From Phoronis australis (Eukaryota; Animalia; Phoronida): a DNA stretch of 64,000 nucleotides. This document shows, piece by piece, positions 1 to 14,540 of this stretch. The position numbers and the translations under genes are program-made. Below the pieces are notes generated by a model that saw only the letters and a list, made by a program, of their open reading frames with translations, searched no databases and was not told the DNA's origin. Where the stretch lies: positions 124,001 to 188,000 of the forward strand of contig NMRA01000343.1 in assembly GCA_002633005.1 (NCBI GenBank). Reading direction: 5' to 3'. Position 1 is the first letter of the stretch, and every line of letters starts with the position of its first letter.

Positions 1-1135
1 AAACTTGTTTTGTCAAAGACACAGGGTTGTCAACAGGGCGCTTAGTCAGAACACATAAAATACACACTATTGCTTCTACATAAATGCATAATTAAGAAAA
101 AATACAGGAGGCATCAATGGTTCAAGGACAGACACGGCAGTCCAAAATCGTGCTATTGATGATTTTTGGGCATTTTCAGATTTCATCGTTTTTCATCACT
201 TCAATGTATAGTTTACAGGATTTTATTATGGCAGATAGTCCAAATCATATGGAAAATAGGAAAAAAAAAACAATTCATTGTCAAGTACCTCACTTTATTT
301 GAGTAACATTTCACCAATATGTCCTTCAAAATTACCAAAATTTAAGTGGCCTTGCAGCCCCAATGCCTTGGCCGATCGAAGCAAATGAGTCATACCTTGT
401 TTTTAAGGAAATTATGCCCTCTATCGGATGTTGTCATTTACATAAGGATATTTCCACGTATATTCGGCTAAGAAATATATTTGCAGGCCTTACGCTATGC
501 ATTCTTATATTCTGCTGAACAGTTACGAAAAATAATAAGGACAACGCGCATTCTGATTGGTCAACTGGCACACGTGACCAGCTTCGTTTATCCGTCAGCA
601 ACTTGTTAGCAACCACCAGGAACAAGCAGCCATTTTGACGGCTTGATTACATCAGATTTTTCTGTTTGGTTTTCCGATTATTTTTTACCAATTTTCAATA
701 CCTTATAAAAATTACTGTCAAGTACTCTTGAATTTCCTTCTGTTGTTTTGTATATCCGTGCTTTTATTATAATTCAAAAAAAACAGATCAGAAAAATGTC
801 AACAGGTACATGACGTAAAGAGTTTCTCGTGGACGTTCCGATGTTACGCAATTTTTGGCGTTGCTGAGGCGACCGAATATTTTTTTCTCAGAATGATTAT
901 TTTATGATCGTCGTATCACGCACACCATCCCCAATGATTTTTATTGAAATCCATCAACATTTGCAGATTTTGATAAAACAATGCCCAGTCTGACCTCAAT
1001 AAAACAGTACTGCTAAGTTATAACTCTGCATATGAAATGTTGTTAAAAAGCTTTATAATAAAACCGATACTGATGACAAATGATGACGACAATGACAAAA
1101 TGATGACAAATGACGATACATCTAAAACTACTTAC

Positions 1136-1243
1136 CCAACCCTTCCAACCAGTAAACTCAGGCTCGGGAACAATTTCCTTTTGTACATAAGGATTAGGAA
1201 ACTTTTTCTCCGCACTCCCTTTCCCACTGTTTTTCATAAGTTT
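1136..1243 (-). CDS. Putative internal coding exon (KLMKNSGKGSAEKKFPNPYVQKEIVPEPEFTGWKGW), possibly the next exon of the gene starting at 9596
   Basis: 108-nt open phase-0/phase-0 segment bounded by CAG| and a strong |GTAAG donor. Phase fits the 9219 donor. Weak polypyrimidine tract and no recognised homology. Confidence 0.4.
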
Positions 1244-4200
1244 CTGGTAACTATGCATAATTCCAGCTTGCAAAAATGTGAACAGGATGTACTTCTTTCT
1301 TTTCAGAGTGACAGAGTGAGATCAGGGTTGATCAGCAAAGTTTTATCAATAATTCAATTCTCTTCTTCTTGAGCAGAGAATGGTTTAAAGTTTAATGAAG
1401 CCATCACAGCGTGTGTCTTAATTAACCGCTTTCGTTTGGGCAGAAGAAGAAAACAATGTAGCAGGTGATTTCTTTTCTTTGAAAATGAATACTGAAAATG
1501 AACAATGTACCAGTTGTTTTGTCAACTGTGAAGAAATGTCAAGAGCATTTCAAAATAAACAGGGAACCGAGAAAACTATACAGCCCAAAAAACACACCGT
1601 TAGGAACTTGTACCGCAGACAGAAGAGATGGGCAAAATGATTAAAATTATTAAAATGCAGGGAAATGATATATATTTAGATATATCCATAATTCAGTCTA
1701 AACCATAGTAGTCAACATCAGGAAAAACCATAAGGTTATGAATAGAGACAAAGGCTGCTCTACTTTGTCACACCCATGGCCCAATCGTTGGAGAACCAGC
1801 GGGAAATGGATTCATTTTGTTCAACTTGTGTTCTTGACCAGAGTACCCACCTGCCCGTCAGTTTGTGATCAAGTGTATCGAACACAAAATAACATTCAGG
1901 GGTGGATCCAGGATTTTGAGTTGGGGGGGAGGGCCAGGGCACAGAAATAACCAGGATTTCACCACATGTGCGCAACCAGTCTAAAATGTAGGGATGTAGG
2001 GGGTCTTGAACTTTTGGGTTTGTTAACCTTATTACTAAAAAAAAAGAAAAAAAGTATTGGAGAAATTCACGGAGCCGTTTTTGAGAGAACTGTGTTCCGA
2101 AGTTCAAAGACACAGAGGCGGTTCAGCGATTGGACCTGGCACAATTTGTTCTCAATGGTGGTATGCAATGCGAACACATAACTCCCTCACTGACAGGATA
2201 AAAACTATGTTTTATCTTCATTTTAAACCTCGACTCAATATTGCAGCGACTCGGTGAATGACAGGACTGAGGGCACATACAGAACAAGAGCCCAGTAACC
2301 TTTGACCTCGGATAAGTAGTAAACAAATTTTCACATTGTTGAAGGTGTTTGTACTAGATCCTTTTTTCGCCACATGGTATATGCATTGGCATTTGAAGTT
2401 CCTTGACATGTGAAAATTGTAAAATGGACAATTTTTGTTAATTTAAGATTTGAGATATCGTTAATGGGTGGAAAAATCAACAGTCTAAGAATCCCTGTGA
2501 AAGATTTAGCTTTATGGAATTAACCCTCACGAAAGGGTGGTGTTTGAGGAACAAACCCGTACAAAAAGGTTGCTTTTCACCAAAGCTTCAATGGGTTCCC
2601 ACTTTATCCTCTACAAGCGGGTATCATAAATATCCAGCTGCAAACCCCCCCTCCCAAATAGTCGAATACCCCGCGGGCCAGGCCAGTTTCGAAGGATACA
2701 TGATGTTGGAACACTGCACTCACTTTAGCCCATACCATAATTAATTAACTTGGGTTCACTTCGTAATTTCAATTTAACACTCAGATTCTCCATAAACTTA
2801 GAACCACTGTCTTCATTTAACTACTCAGACCATAGATGTCGCCACTTTACAAAGCCTGCCATTATGCACTGAATGGAAGCAGAGAAATTCATATACAAAA
2901 GCACCATATACAGCCATATGCTGTGAAGCAGCCATGCTGCATGTCATGAATACAGCATTGTTTGCACAGTTTAAAGCATCATACACTTGAGTAAATGTAC
3001 AAAGGTTAATGTCATCAAGCAGGTTTGGTCTACTCTGTAACAAATTGGCAACACAATTACTTACTCTAAACAATACACGAAATCAAGAAAAAATTAGATA
3101 AAATCAAAGATATCACACAGGAGTAATCAAATTTATGGATTTGTACCCACAGCTCAACTAAGAGCACACCCTCTACTTTTGAGAATTTCAAGTATTGCAA
3201 AATCTCGCCAAATTTGAAAACAAAATAAATAACCTGCTTATAACACGTTCCACCTTATCATGAGGGACTATAAAAAATACGACTCATAAATTTGATAAAA
3301 AACTCAAGAAATTACATTAACAAAACTTTATTTTTGAGATTTCGTCTTCTCTAGTTCCAGAAAATAATTTTATACACTTTTACAAAGCTAGCTTATGTTT
3401 TCCTTTCTAGTTCTTCGACTGAATGCATAGACTTGCATACAAGTTCCTACATAACTTTAACCGCTCACTGCAAGAGCCAATGCCCACCTGTATTTTGCTT
3501 TACTAAATTGATTTTCAAAACAGTAAGGCACATTTTCAAATAAGGAAACTCGATCAATTTGTCGCCGAGGACATTGTATTATTCTAAGTGCCTTCAACCG
3601 CGCATTAAAAACAGCCAGGTTGTTGAACTTGACACTTACTGAGACTTATCTCAGCCACAGATTCTCATGCAACACTTAAGTGCTCAAATTGGCAACTTGC
3701 AGCATGCAAATACAATGTCAGACTGTGTTTGGCAACCTGGGAAAATCCCAAGTCACCACAGTGAGCAACAGTCACACAATAATTCCCCTGAAATTCGTTT
3801 CAAAATTTATGGTGACTTCTGTACTTAAAATTAATAACAATTTCCCTAGATTCAATACCTTTGGTTCACTACTATTTATGTCCTGAAATCAGTCCATTTG
3901 CCACCCTCAGCAGTCAGCACATATCAAACATGTGCTCAAATTACAACAGGAAGTAAACAGATGGAAGTCAGAAATGTTTGGCAAAAATCAGGCAAGGTTC
4001 GACCATGAAACACACGCCTCCAGTGTTTGCGATCATCTGCATTCTCCATAGATAACAATAACTCAGAATGAGTACGGGGGAGCAAACCAAAATACATCTC
4101 AGTAAATATGGATAAATTATGAACTCGGGTTAACATTTTTAAGTGAGTGGAGTGTCGAGATCAGGACCCCTATTGAATGAGGAAAAAAACGGCAACCTTA

Positions 4201-4792
4201 AACTGCAGCCATGGATCGCTTGACACTACACTGTGTCCAGTAGGGCTAACAGAAATGGAGGAGGTATAGGTGCGAGTTTTAATAATGGTGACAGTGGCAG
4301 ATTTTTTTGTTTTTTTTTTGCTCAGACAGAACTGACCTAAGTTTTCATTTGGCTATTTTTGCCAAGTCGCATTTGGCTAGTTGGCATGAATCTAAGCCAC
4401 ATGGAACAGTTTACCAATCTCTTCATAAATTATGCTCAAAATTCAAGACAAATAACTCCTCGGAAAGACGGGTGAAAAGAACTGACAACGAATTCAATGC
4501 AGTAGCCAAATGAACTTCACTGTATTCCTTGTATTCTTTGCAAAGGGTAAAAATTTCCTGAACGCTCACAAACACCGAACCAGATCATCATGTTGGATTC
4601 AGTAGGTTTCTCTTGTACCAATGCACGTCGGAAATCCACGTCTTCGTTTTTTCAATTGCTTTCTAAAAGCTGCAGTTTGCCCTGTTTAATTGCATAAGGA
4701 TGAAAATTGGGCCTTACCTTGTACTCTAAATGTGTCTCATATTATTCCTTACCGTGACAGGTTACAGTGGTCTATTTCCGTTACCAACTTAA

Positions 4793-6220
4793 GGTTATCT
4801 CCAACCTTATTTAGTGGCCTCTATTCTAACTTGTATATCAAAAAACTAAGCTTTGTCAACTAGTAGAAGTATGTATTTTCTGAAAGAAAAAAGATTAAGG
4901 AATATGAAAATACTTTTTGTATTAATGTACCATTATTATTTTTATGTAAAAACCTTTTTAAGTCAAAATTTTATTTTTAAGAAAGGTACATTCATAGCAA
5001 AATAACCCCTCGGTTGATTTTAATGAAACTTTTTCTAAATGAAAACTTCACCAGTTACCTCAAAAACGCTGTTAGGAATTTTGGATTAGTCTTTTTGTTT
5101 GGTTTCTATGACAAATCAACTCGCAAAATGTAAGGTATTTTTGTAAAAAATGGAAGTCGTATTCGTCTCTGTTACATTACGCAAAAAATAGGCCTTTATA
5201 TCAAAAATACTAACACCGTTTTTGGGACTGATGACTAAATATTAAATTTGGAAAGTTTCAGCGAAATCCACTGAGCCGTTTTCGAGAACCCGTGTTCCTA
5301 AGTTCAAATGAAGTCGATTTGCCGAAACCGAGAAAAAGCCATTAAACTGGGACAAGTGAAAATCTCAAAGGCTTCGGTTAATTATTCGGTGAAAACTTGT
5401 TTTCGGTATACATAACCTATACAAGCCTATATGTTTGCTATTTCAACATTCACTCGCAATGTCAACTGATTTTGCAGTGTGTAATTAACTTAATCATCAT
5501 TAAAACGTACCATTCCCACCTAACTACTGTTGTTTGCGACCATTTGACCTTCTTGTATATGTAAATAAGTCACAGTTCATTGTTTTACACATAGCCTGTA
5601 CACGTCACGTGCTGGGAGACTGATACAAAACCAAGTAAGAACTGGATTACAAAAATCGAATTGGTGGTTAAAGCATGTCGTTAGCATGAGACCGAAACAT
5701 TGAAATGTCAATTTATTAATTGAATGAAGGAACTAGGGTGAAGATTTATCTCTTTTCACAATTTGCTGTGTTCGTGACCACAGAGGCCTGAGGCGACAGC
5801 AGCATTCGTTCTCAACGCCAACAGTCGTATGCATGTAGACACACAACTCTCTTAGGATTAAAACAACGTTTTGTCTTTGTTTTCCCCGGCACCGCACCAT
5901 TCTACCAAAAGTATACCTTGTTTACTCAATGTTATGGCGATTTTGTGAATGAAAGGACTGAGCGTATACGAAGCTGTTCTGTACCTGGTGGGAGATTCGA
6001 TTTGATTGAAAGACTTTCAACCTTTGACCTTGGATAAGTAGTAAACAAATATCCAAGGGGTTGTGCGGTTCCAAGGTGGTTCCGTTAAATTTTATTTTCT
6101 TGCTTACGCAGTATATATTTTGTATTTGAAGTTCCCCGAGAATGAAGATAAGGTATTTTACTAGACACATGTGAAATATTGTAAAAATGGCCATTTTTGT
6201 GAATAAGGTTGGAGATAACC
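4793..6220. mobile_element. Non-autonomous Kolobok-like DNA transposon (1.4 kb)
   Basis: Perfect 19-bp TIR GGTTATCTCCAACCTTATT with TTAA on both sides (4789-4792, 6221-6224). Related decayed pieces at ~2060-2450 and ~17750-17990 (reverse). TTAA TSD plus RR termini match Kolobok. Confidence 0.8.
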
Positions 6221-6647
6221 TTAAGCCCCAAGAAATGCGTACATGCACCATTTTGGAATTCGCCAACCTCAATAAAACATGAAGCATTGTCTTGCCTTGC
6301 TGATGGCTTCGATGTTCTTGATGGTGGCGGAAACGGAACCCAATCACAAAAACGTCCAATTCTATTTTTGTTTTCTTTAGTCAGCTGCAGAGAGTGAAAA
6401 CATTGATTCATCATTTTGCAGGTGAATTTCGTATTTTGAGACAGTCGCTTTTGTAATAACAATGGAACAGAGAATGGAAAATTTGACAGGACAGTGTTTG
6501 AATTTTTTTAAAAATAAATTCAACAATCTGTATTTTTGGAAACAATTAACTTTCTGAGACCAGCCACAAACAAGAAAATTAATTTTCATGCATCATGAAC
6601 AAAGAAATGAAAGCTACTGTCATCAATGGGCAATAGTCAGGTATAAC

Positions 6648-6718
6648 GTGCCCGTATTTTGAGAACCAGTTTGATGCCCGTTATTCAGTGGAGAAAACTG
6701 GTTCTCAAAATTTGGCAC
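6648..6718. repeat. Small palindromic MITE-like element
   Basis: GTGCCCGTATTTTGAGAACCAGTTT...AAACTGGTTCTCAAAATTTGGCAC inverted repeat. A related copy lies near 7912-7985. Confidence 0.5.
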
Positions 6719-9218
6719 TATATCCAACCATTACCTATACACGACGGTCACCCCATAGGCTGTATTCAGGTGCTTATATCTATGGTTTTGTACTAGAGCA
6801 CACTAACATATTGATATTATGTAGAACAATTACTCTAATCATCTCCAATAGGAAATATTGATCTCAGCCACAGTTTACAGCTAGGACTAATTGTGTTTCT
6901 CACCACAAGAATAAGGACTATATTCCACACAGGAAATTGAATGCTAGCACACCCTGCAGTACTGACTAGACAAAGTGCTATAAATGATTTTGAAATACAC
7001 GCATGACAAAAAATAATTAACCATGTAATGGGCAGCTATGAAGTAATCTGAAGATAATTTATTAGATCGAATTTCTCGTAACTGCAAAGTACATAATTAT
7101 ATATTGATCAATGTGTGGGTTGATTGAATACTAAACAGGATTGTAAATAAATTTAATTAACGTGTAGCATATTTAAATATGAAATTTGAAACTACAACAG
7201 GTGTATGTCCCTCTCATGGCAGGGGTAGGACCTATGGTCCTTACATCCATGTATATAGGCGCAATAACCTTCATCAAGCTACGTATAAATCCGGAATTAG
7301 ATGCAATGTGCTTGAATGCAAGACACTTCGATCAAACAATTGTTAAAATATGATATGAGTGCAGCTTAATGCATTACAAGAGTAGAAATGGTGAAATTCA
7401 AAATTTATTTTATAAACGAAAAGCATTTGCAAAGCAAAGAATAAAGTAAACATCATGTACCTACAAGAGAAGTATAGGCACATGCATCTATATGCCAAAC
7501 AATTCAATAAAAGTTTGAAATAACACATTTTTTCCAATAAAGGCGCAAATTAGTGATTAAAAAAGTAAGAAATAAATTCGCACATATAAGTTCAAGGCTA
7601 TTAGGGGTTGGTAGTTCTGAATTCTAAAATTTCACGTTTTGCTATCCATTATCCCTTTGTAGCGTACTCCTTTAAGAACTGCATCCTGAAGTGACAGGGC
7701 CCACACGACAAACATATTCGTTTGCGTAACACTCCAACCATGAATAATTAAAACCTATTTACAATACAAATGAAATGAATTGTAAGCCACAGTCAGCAAA
7801 ATACAATATTAAGGTGCACATTGCAACGCAACTGATAAACAGAATTTGATAGTAAAACTTATTGGAAACGAAGACGGGGATTGTACAGTAATAGTTACAA
7901 GTACTTACAGGGCTCCCGCATTTTGAGAACCAGTTTTGTCCTCTGAATAACAGACATCAGACTGATTATTACAATCTGAGACTCGGTTAGCGCCTATTGC
8001 AGATTGCAGTTACTAAACTCAACGCATCTTTTCTGTAACTTTAGAGGTACAGATCTACAATTTGGTGTTGAAATGATCATTTTTCTCATTTTCAAAGATT
8101 AAATTGCCGAAAGTGCTCAGCATTTTATTACATACGGTAGTTGATTTGTAACAGATGCAGCATACGCACAATGCAGGCACCACTGTAGAAAAAAGACTTG
8201 TACAGCACAGTAGATATTCTAGTTGAACATTTTGACAAAAATAAATACAAAACGCGAGAATTAAACCAAAGAATAGCATGTGAGAGAAGGTTGTTATTGT
8301 TTTCTGTTTAATAGAAGAAATTATTTATTTTCGTAAAAGTGAAGTTTATAGGTACATTGCCCAAGAGACATAAATTTTGATGCGAAAACAAGTTGTAGAC
8401 AAAACACATGGAGGTATAAGAAAGGACCAGTGTACACTAATGGCTGAATATCCCGCACACGCACACACACACTAATGACCCTACAGTGATGAGAGTTCTT
8501 GCCATGGATTATCCTTGATATTCCAAGGAAATATAAGGTAAGCGGCAGGAAAACAATACGTGAATGGGTCGGAGCATGAAGGTCTTTAACTACCCAGTGG
8601 TGAAGAACTCACTGCACCAATAATTTGGAAAAGCAGGAAATCCATTCTGTGATTTAGACATGAGGTAGAAACTTCAGAACAATCATATATATTTAATTTA
8701 ATAGTATTCCCTCACGGTGATCTACATGAGCTGGAGAGTCTCTTATGTATTCTATTGCGTATCAGTATGGTTAGTTTGAAATCAGAATTAGGCATCGTGT
8801 GTAAAACATACTCAATCAAATTTTTAATGACAACTTTTTAAACTTGAGAAGAAGTCTGGACCAACTACTTGTAAGAGTTTTGACTTTGTTGTATGGAGTG
8901 TGTGTAGTGCTGATGCATGGCTCTACAACACCACTGAAATCAAACATAAATGAAATATTTGAAACATCATTATACAAAGCCGCCACTTTACAGCCCATGA
9001 GCAATGAGAAATGATGAGGCAAACAGCACTCTTCAGTAATTTCACCCCTAAACTTAGACATGCTTGACATACTTATTGAGTATTTTCTAACTGTAAGTCC
9101 ATTGTTGTTACTACAACAAAGTCGGCCATATTGGAATCACCGATTATCGAGACTAGTCGTCCCACTCGAATACATTAGCAACCATCCCCCTCCCAAACAC
9201 ATACAAAAGTGAACTTAC

Positions 9219-9596
9219 CTTATTTTTTAACAGGGCACCGGCTGACTGCTGCGTAGCCCCCGGGCGTGAGAGGTCAGCTTGGTCAAGATTGTCCACATTG
9301 GCTAAACTCATGCGCCGCTGGTTTTTGGCCGCTTCCACGAGCTCCCTCTCCTCATCATTTTTCCAATGATGAGCTTTGGGGATCACGTTTGTCTTCTTAG
9401 GTTCGATTGCCGGTGCCCTGGACGGCACAACTACGCTCCCGGGTGCGGCAGTGGCCGGTCGACCTGCTGCAGGCTTGTCGATGAGCGCACTTCTGTAACT
9501 CTTGTGGGTTTGGATGTTCGCGGAAGCCGAAGTGGGACGAATCTTTTTCCGTTCCCCAGTCTTTTTGGCAGCGTTGTCAGGTTCTTCGATCGGCAT
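9219..9596 (-). CDS. First coding exon of an unidentified gene (126 aa basic/disordered N-terminus MPIEEPDNAAKK...GALLKNK)
   Basis: GC-rich, codon-like ORF in an AT-rich background. ATG at 9596; exon ends at a canonical AAG|GTAAGT donor (phase 0). Product not recognised. Confidence 0.7.
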
Positions 9597-12581
9597 TTTG
9601 AAGTACTTTGGCTTCACTATGTCCTCACGTTGATTACGTCCCTTTTCGAGTAACTAGATCAACTTTTAACAGCAATTTAATTGTCACGATTCACTTCCAA
9701 ATCAAATTGATCGTCCATTGAATCTCAACTGTTGACCGGCTAATTCATCAAAATAGTGGCTCTCCGCGAGAAAAGTAATCCACGTTATTAACTGAAATTA
9801 CTCCAAATGCATAATTTAATGTATATAATAACGGAATTAAAGTACAATTCTCACATTTAATTTTCAATTTTTCATTTTTTTGGTGATGTGTTTTAAATTA
9901 TCCGGTAACAAGTAAAGAATGTATTCTTACGCTTCCTCAGTCCCGTTACCCGTGGTTGGCCGCAGGACCACCCGGGAGTTTTGAACCGACGGCACTCACA
10001 GGCCGGGCACAGAGTTATATGAATGGATATAAATGTTCTCGTTTTATTATTGATATTTATAAACAGTTTCACGTACACTCTGTGCTCCTAGTTAACAACA
10101 TAAAAATATAGCATAGTAAGGGTATGGAAAATATAACAAAAAGTTGACACAGGTGCTATAGTTAAGCGATATGGTGGACTGGCCACCTTCGACGTGCGCG
10201 CGCCCCACCGGACCGCCGGGTCCGTGGTGGGGCCACGCGGAGAGACTGAATGTAAAACGAATTAAAAAAATGGGTAAAAAGACTGATTTAATGAAATCAG
10301 TTTGCAGGTCATTACGTCATAAATTAGCAGAACATATAATGTATGCGAATGCAGGTCGACATATTCATCATGAATGCCCCCTACCCCGATCCCCCTTTAC
10401 ACTGAGCTACACCGTACAAAATGTGCGCGGGCAAACCGAAAGCATCCACCATTCTTGTAACTCATTCTTGTTTTTCCATAATGAACAGTGTTAACTGTTC
10501 AGCTAATTACTTAGTGTTACGTTAACAAGGAGTAAAACTCACTTCAGTGTTTGCGTAAGACCCTCCGCCGGGGCCTACTACGAGTCCCCTAAATTCCAGT
10601 CCTGAACTTGAGCCACCAAAAATGTGGTGCAGACAGTAGCGCACAGTTTTGGTGATTTTTTATAGGCGCCCCTCTCTCTTACTCAATTGCGTGTAAACTG
10701 AGTAAATTATAGTAGATGAAGCAAAGTCGGTAGAAACTTATTCAGTTCCACCCTCCGTCGAAACAGGCACTGAAAATGCTCCATAGTACAAGCCCAGATC
10801 ACTCAGACAATGCCTATAAATTGTAGATTCGAAAAATACAGCCATAAAATCTAGTCTTAGGGCTTCGTATGCCGGAGTATGGTGCACGAGTGGAGTGCCG
10901 TGCCCGGTAGCACCGTCGAAACAGTACCAAATAGGACCAAAGTTCCCAAAATTTTCGGTGCGTTTGTGTATTTGATAACTAAAATGTTTTGTTTCTTTAT
11001 CAATTTATTATGAGCTCTTAACTGTTGAACTTTCCTACAATACATCTGAAAACTGATCCCTTTTGATTTCGACGAAAATAAATAGGTATTTAGTTCTTAA
11101 ATTAGGGGAATTTCATGAAAAGCTCCCTGTTTTATTTTCAATAATATCGAGAATTCAGTTCACTCTTGGAGTGAATCCGAAAAGCAAAAACTTGTGTATG
11201 TCCACGAATGTGGTGAAAAGCTAGGGAACATATAGTCCAGGCTATTCGGCTGTTTCATGCAACCGGACACTGGGTTACAAATCTGGGGATTTTGGTGTCT
11301 GCTGGTCCAGAACTGGGATTAAGGAAACGTAGTTGGATTTCAGAAGTGCTCCTAATAAATGGGGTGTTAAAGAACTGTGAATAAAGTAGTATCAAAAATC
11401 ATGTGAATCCGATCAGCCATTTCTGAGTCGAGGTTGGCCAAAGGTGGATGTTTCTAGTGTCCTACAAAACTCAAGCGTATTTAAATGACCTTGATTTCAA
11501 TGATTGTCCATCAGACAAATGCGAGAATTGGAGATTAATAAAATCACAAAATACAGTGGATTTTGTTGTTTTATAGCTTTGGTCAAATCTCAGTAATAAC
11601 TTCAAAAATTCTAACCATTCAAAAACTAATAGGGTAGGCATGAACATTGTACAGGGTTATCAAAAATTATACCTCAAGTCAGATCGATATGTGCGAGTTT
11701 TCTACGAGCAACTTCCTCAGCAACATAAATGATTTCTTGAAATTCTTTAATCGCAATAAAACCATCATAAATATTGCTTGCGTAATTCAAAAATAGTAGG
11801 TGGTCTTGTATTTCTTCAAACTCTATCATTTTGAGTATCACATTAATTATTTGGTTAAGTTATGTCTTGATGTAGATTGCCATGGTTCACAATGTTCTAT
11901 GGTTTCCCGACCAGTTTGAAATTTTTTCTACGTTACCGGATTTATAGGGAGGACATAGTCTCCGGACGCTCCTCCAAAAGAGGACGCCGTCTCAATGAAG
12001 ACCACTTGATATGAAATACGATAACATTAAAGTTGAAAAGAGCTAAAGTACAATTCATCAACATGATGACGCTCCAAGAAATGACCTTCCTTGGCATAAA
12101 TAATGTACAATCTCACAAATACAGAATAAGATTGGTAATTCGTTCCATCAATGCCCCCAACCCCTCCGGAAAAGGGAGGCCGTAGCTGCCATCAACGGTC
12201 TTCTTCCAAGAGCTGAGGCCCCAAACCAGCAAAGAAATGGTAATGGGAGACTTTCAAAAACAGGAAATCAGCACCCACTGCTGCTAGAATTAGAGCCCCT
12301 CTCCTTCAAGTTCCCAATTGATAATATGCGACGCATAATTTAAACAAAAAAAAAAAAAAAAAANAAAAAAAAAAAAAACGGAAAAGAGAGCTACAGAGGA
12401 CTCAATAAGGGTCCCGAGAGAAATACTTTTGCATTTTTTCCATAAAAACTGTTTTCTTGATATTGAAAAACTTGATTAATTTGCTCTGGAAAATATATGT
12501 GTAAAACGTTTTCTCGGGTCTTTTTGAAGTATGCTGATTGAGAGCACGTTTTGAAGTGGGTTTAGACAATCTATAGATACT

Positions 12582-13511
12582 CAGTGGCGGATCTAGGATA
12601 TCACAAGGGAAGGGCCCAATATTTTGTCTGAAAACATTTGTGCCAAGCACGATTAGATGCGCATAGCACCAAATGGGTAGAGGTCGGGAGGGGGGTTCGC
12701 CTCATAAAATCAAGCATTTTCCTTGATTCCTGAAGTATTGTCCAAGAAAAAAGTACACGGAGAACGTGTCAAACATGAAAAACTGCATATACCAGACTCG
12801 AACTCACGACCTGGCGGATACAGCGCGCGTGCCTTACCACTGCACCACCACGATTTCTTTCATGATTTGATAAGAGACCTACTTGTTTATGGTCCACAGC
12901 GTTTGCGCGCGAAATCAACTTCTTTTTGTAATGCTTATTACACTTTTTATATTTTGTGCAATCAGTTCGTAACAAATTTGTTGTATTTAAATTAGTCTTC
13001 AATTGCCCAAAAGACCAAATCCGTTTTTTGTTGGCATTAATGACGCGATGGCTTTGGAAATCGTCTTAAGTTAAGGTTTGACAAGGAGAGAATTATGAGT
13101 TTCTGAGTGATTCACTCAGGCTTCGATTAAAATTCACATCTTACCAGCAGCTGCTATTTTTTTCATCGTCATTCAGATTCCATTTTCTTTAAAAAATGAA
13201 GTAATTTTCTTCATTGCACAGTGAAGCAGACGACGGAAACGGAGTCGTAGTGCGCAGCGCCACTGCCGGTCGCCTGGGATATCGCGGGAGAGCCTATAAT
13301 TAGCCATAGTTCCGTTACGATTGCACTTGAAATTGGATCTGAGCCCACCCCCCACCCCCCAAACACACTAAAACTGCACACATTTAAATCTTGTTTCATC
13401 CGTATAATTTTAATTACCGGGGTTAATTAATAAACTCAAACTCGCTCTTGCTGTTTTATTTTTTGCAGCAGCCAAGTGGGGGGGGACCGGCCCCCCCTAA
13501 ATCCGCCTATG
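12582..13511. mobile_element. Non-autonomous TIR element, family A copy 1 (~930 bp, 5-bp TSD, hAT5-like)
   Basis: Termini CAGTGGCGGATCTAGG / CCTAAATCCGCCTATG; TSD ATACT on both sides. Homologous copies at 26560 and 42198. Confidence 0.85.
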
Positions 13512-14169
13512 ATACTGCAAAAAAACTTGGACACCCTTACAAAAATATCCTGGCGCCTGCCAAGTGCTTACAATGGGCAAATCCAGCACTGGTAGCTGAT
13601 AAATGTTCTTTTTATTTTTTTCTCATTTACATGTTTGGCCGTTTCTTATTTCTGAATGTTCCTACGCCTATGCCAATTGTCAGCAAGGTTTGGAATGACA
13701 AATGACAAAAAGAGGAAAATTTCCAGGTCATGTATCATTCCACAAATAGGCTTGTGTGACAAAAATACTTTTAGTATCGTAAAATTTAACTGAAATAAAG
13801 TTTTTACATGGATAAAACCCCAGTAATGATAAAAAGAGAAGAAAAAAAAAGGAAACTGGAATTCAAATAAGGGGAAATTAAAACTAAAAAAACTAAAAAA
13901 GGAAATCTTCTTAAAAGAGGAAAATTCCAAGCCCTTTGTCATGAGTTCACCCTTATAGCTGATGCCTGCAAAATATTGGGGGGGAGTGGTTCTGATCTGT
14001 GGCTTTTTTGAAAGCTGTTGTGGTAATTTTTCAGTTGCATGTACACATTTTAAAAAAAGAAAAAGTCATTTGATGTCAACTGAAATGCCAGCTATGATCT
14101 GCAGGTTTTAAAATGTGTCCTGTAAAATGAGACCAAGATGAAGGCCTTTGTACTAGAAATTATTATTTA

Positions 14170-14540
14170 TTTTTTTTTGGCATTTTCTATTCTACTTTTG
14201 TGCAAACTCAAGATAATTGTCTATAACTCTATGCTCCAGTACATTAGGGTTTATGCACTATGAGTTTCTAGTCCAGGTTCGCTCTTGATGACCCCTAGAT
14301 CAGTGCTACAAACTTCAGTAAAAACTCAAGATTAACCATTTCGAGCTCAGACTCAAACGTTTTCCCTTAATGGTGGAGTCATCAAGTGCACAATAGGACT
14401 GACAATTATTCACTCCAGCCAATATGTACTCCAGCATAGAATAATAGACACTTATTTTGAGCTCTCACAAAAGTAATAACAGAAAATGATAAACAAAATT
14501 CGGAGTTCAATTTCACCTAAAAAGATTTACTCCTGACCTA
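14170..14540. mobile_element. Foldback MITE (same family as 23960-24360 and 34765-35140)
   Basis: Imperfect long inverted repeats; clear similarity to the other two copies. Confidence 0.6.

Noticed and set aside
396-437. Alternative first exon MTTSDRGHNFLKNK|GTATG ending like the 9219 exon
   Set aside because: Very short and lies in repeat-like sequence; the shared LKNK is probably coincidental.
12778-12853. Functional tRNA gene
   Set aside because: A and B boxes are present but acceptor and anticodon stems do not pair, and it lies inside a repeated element.
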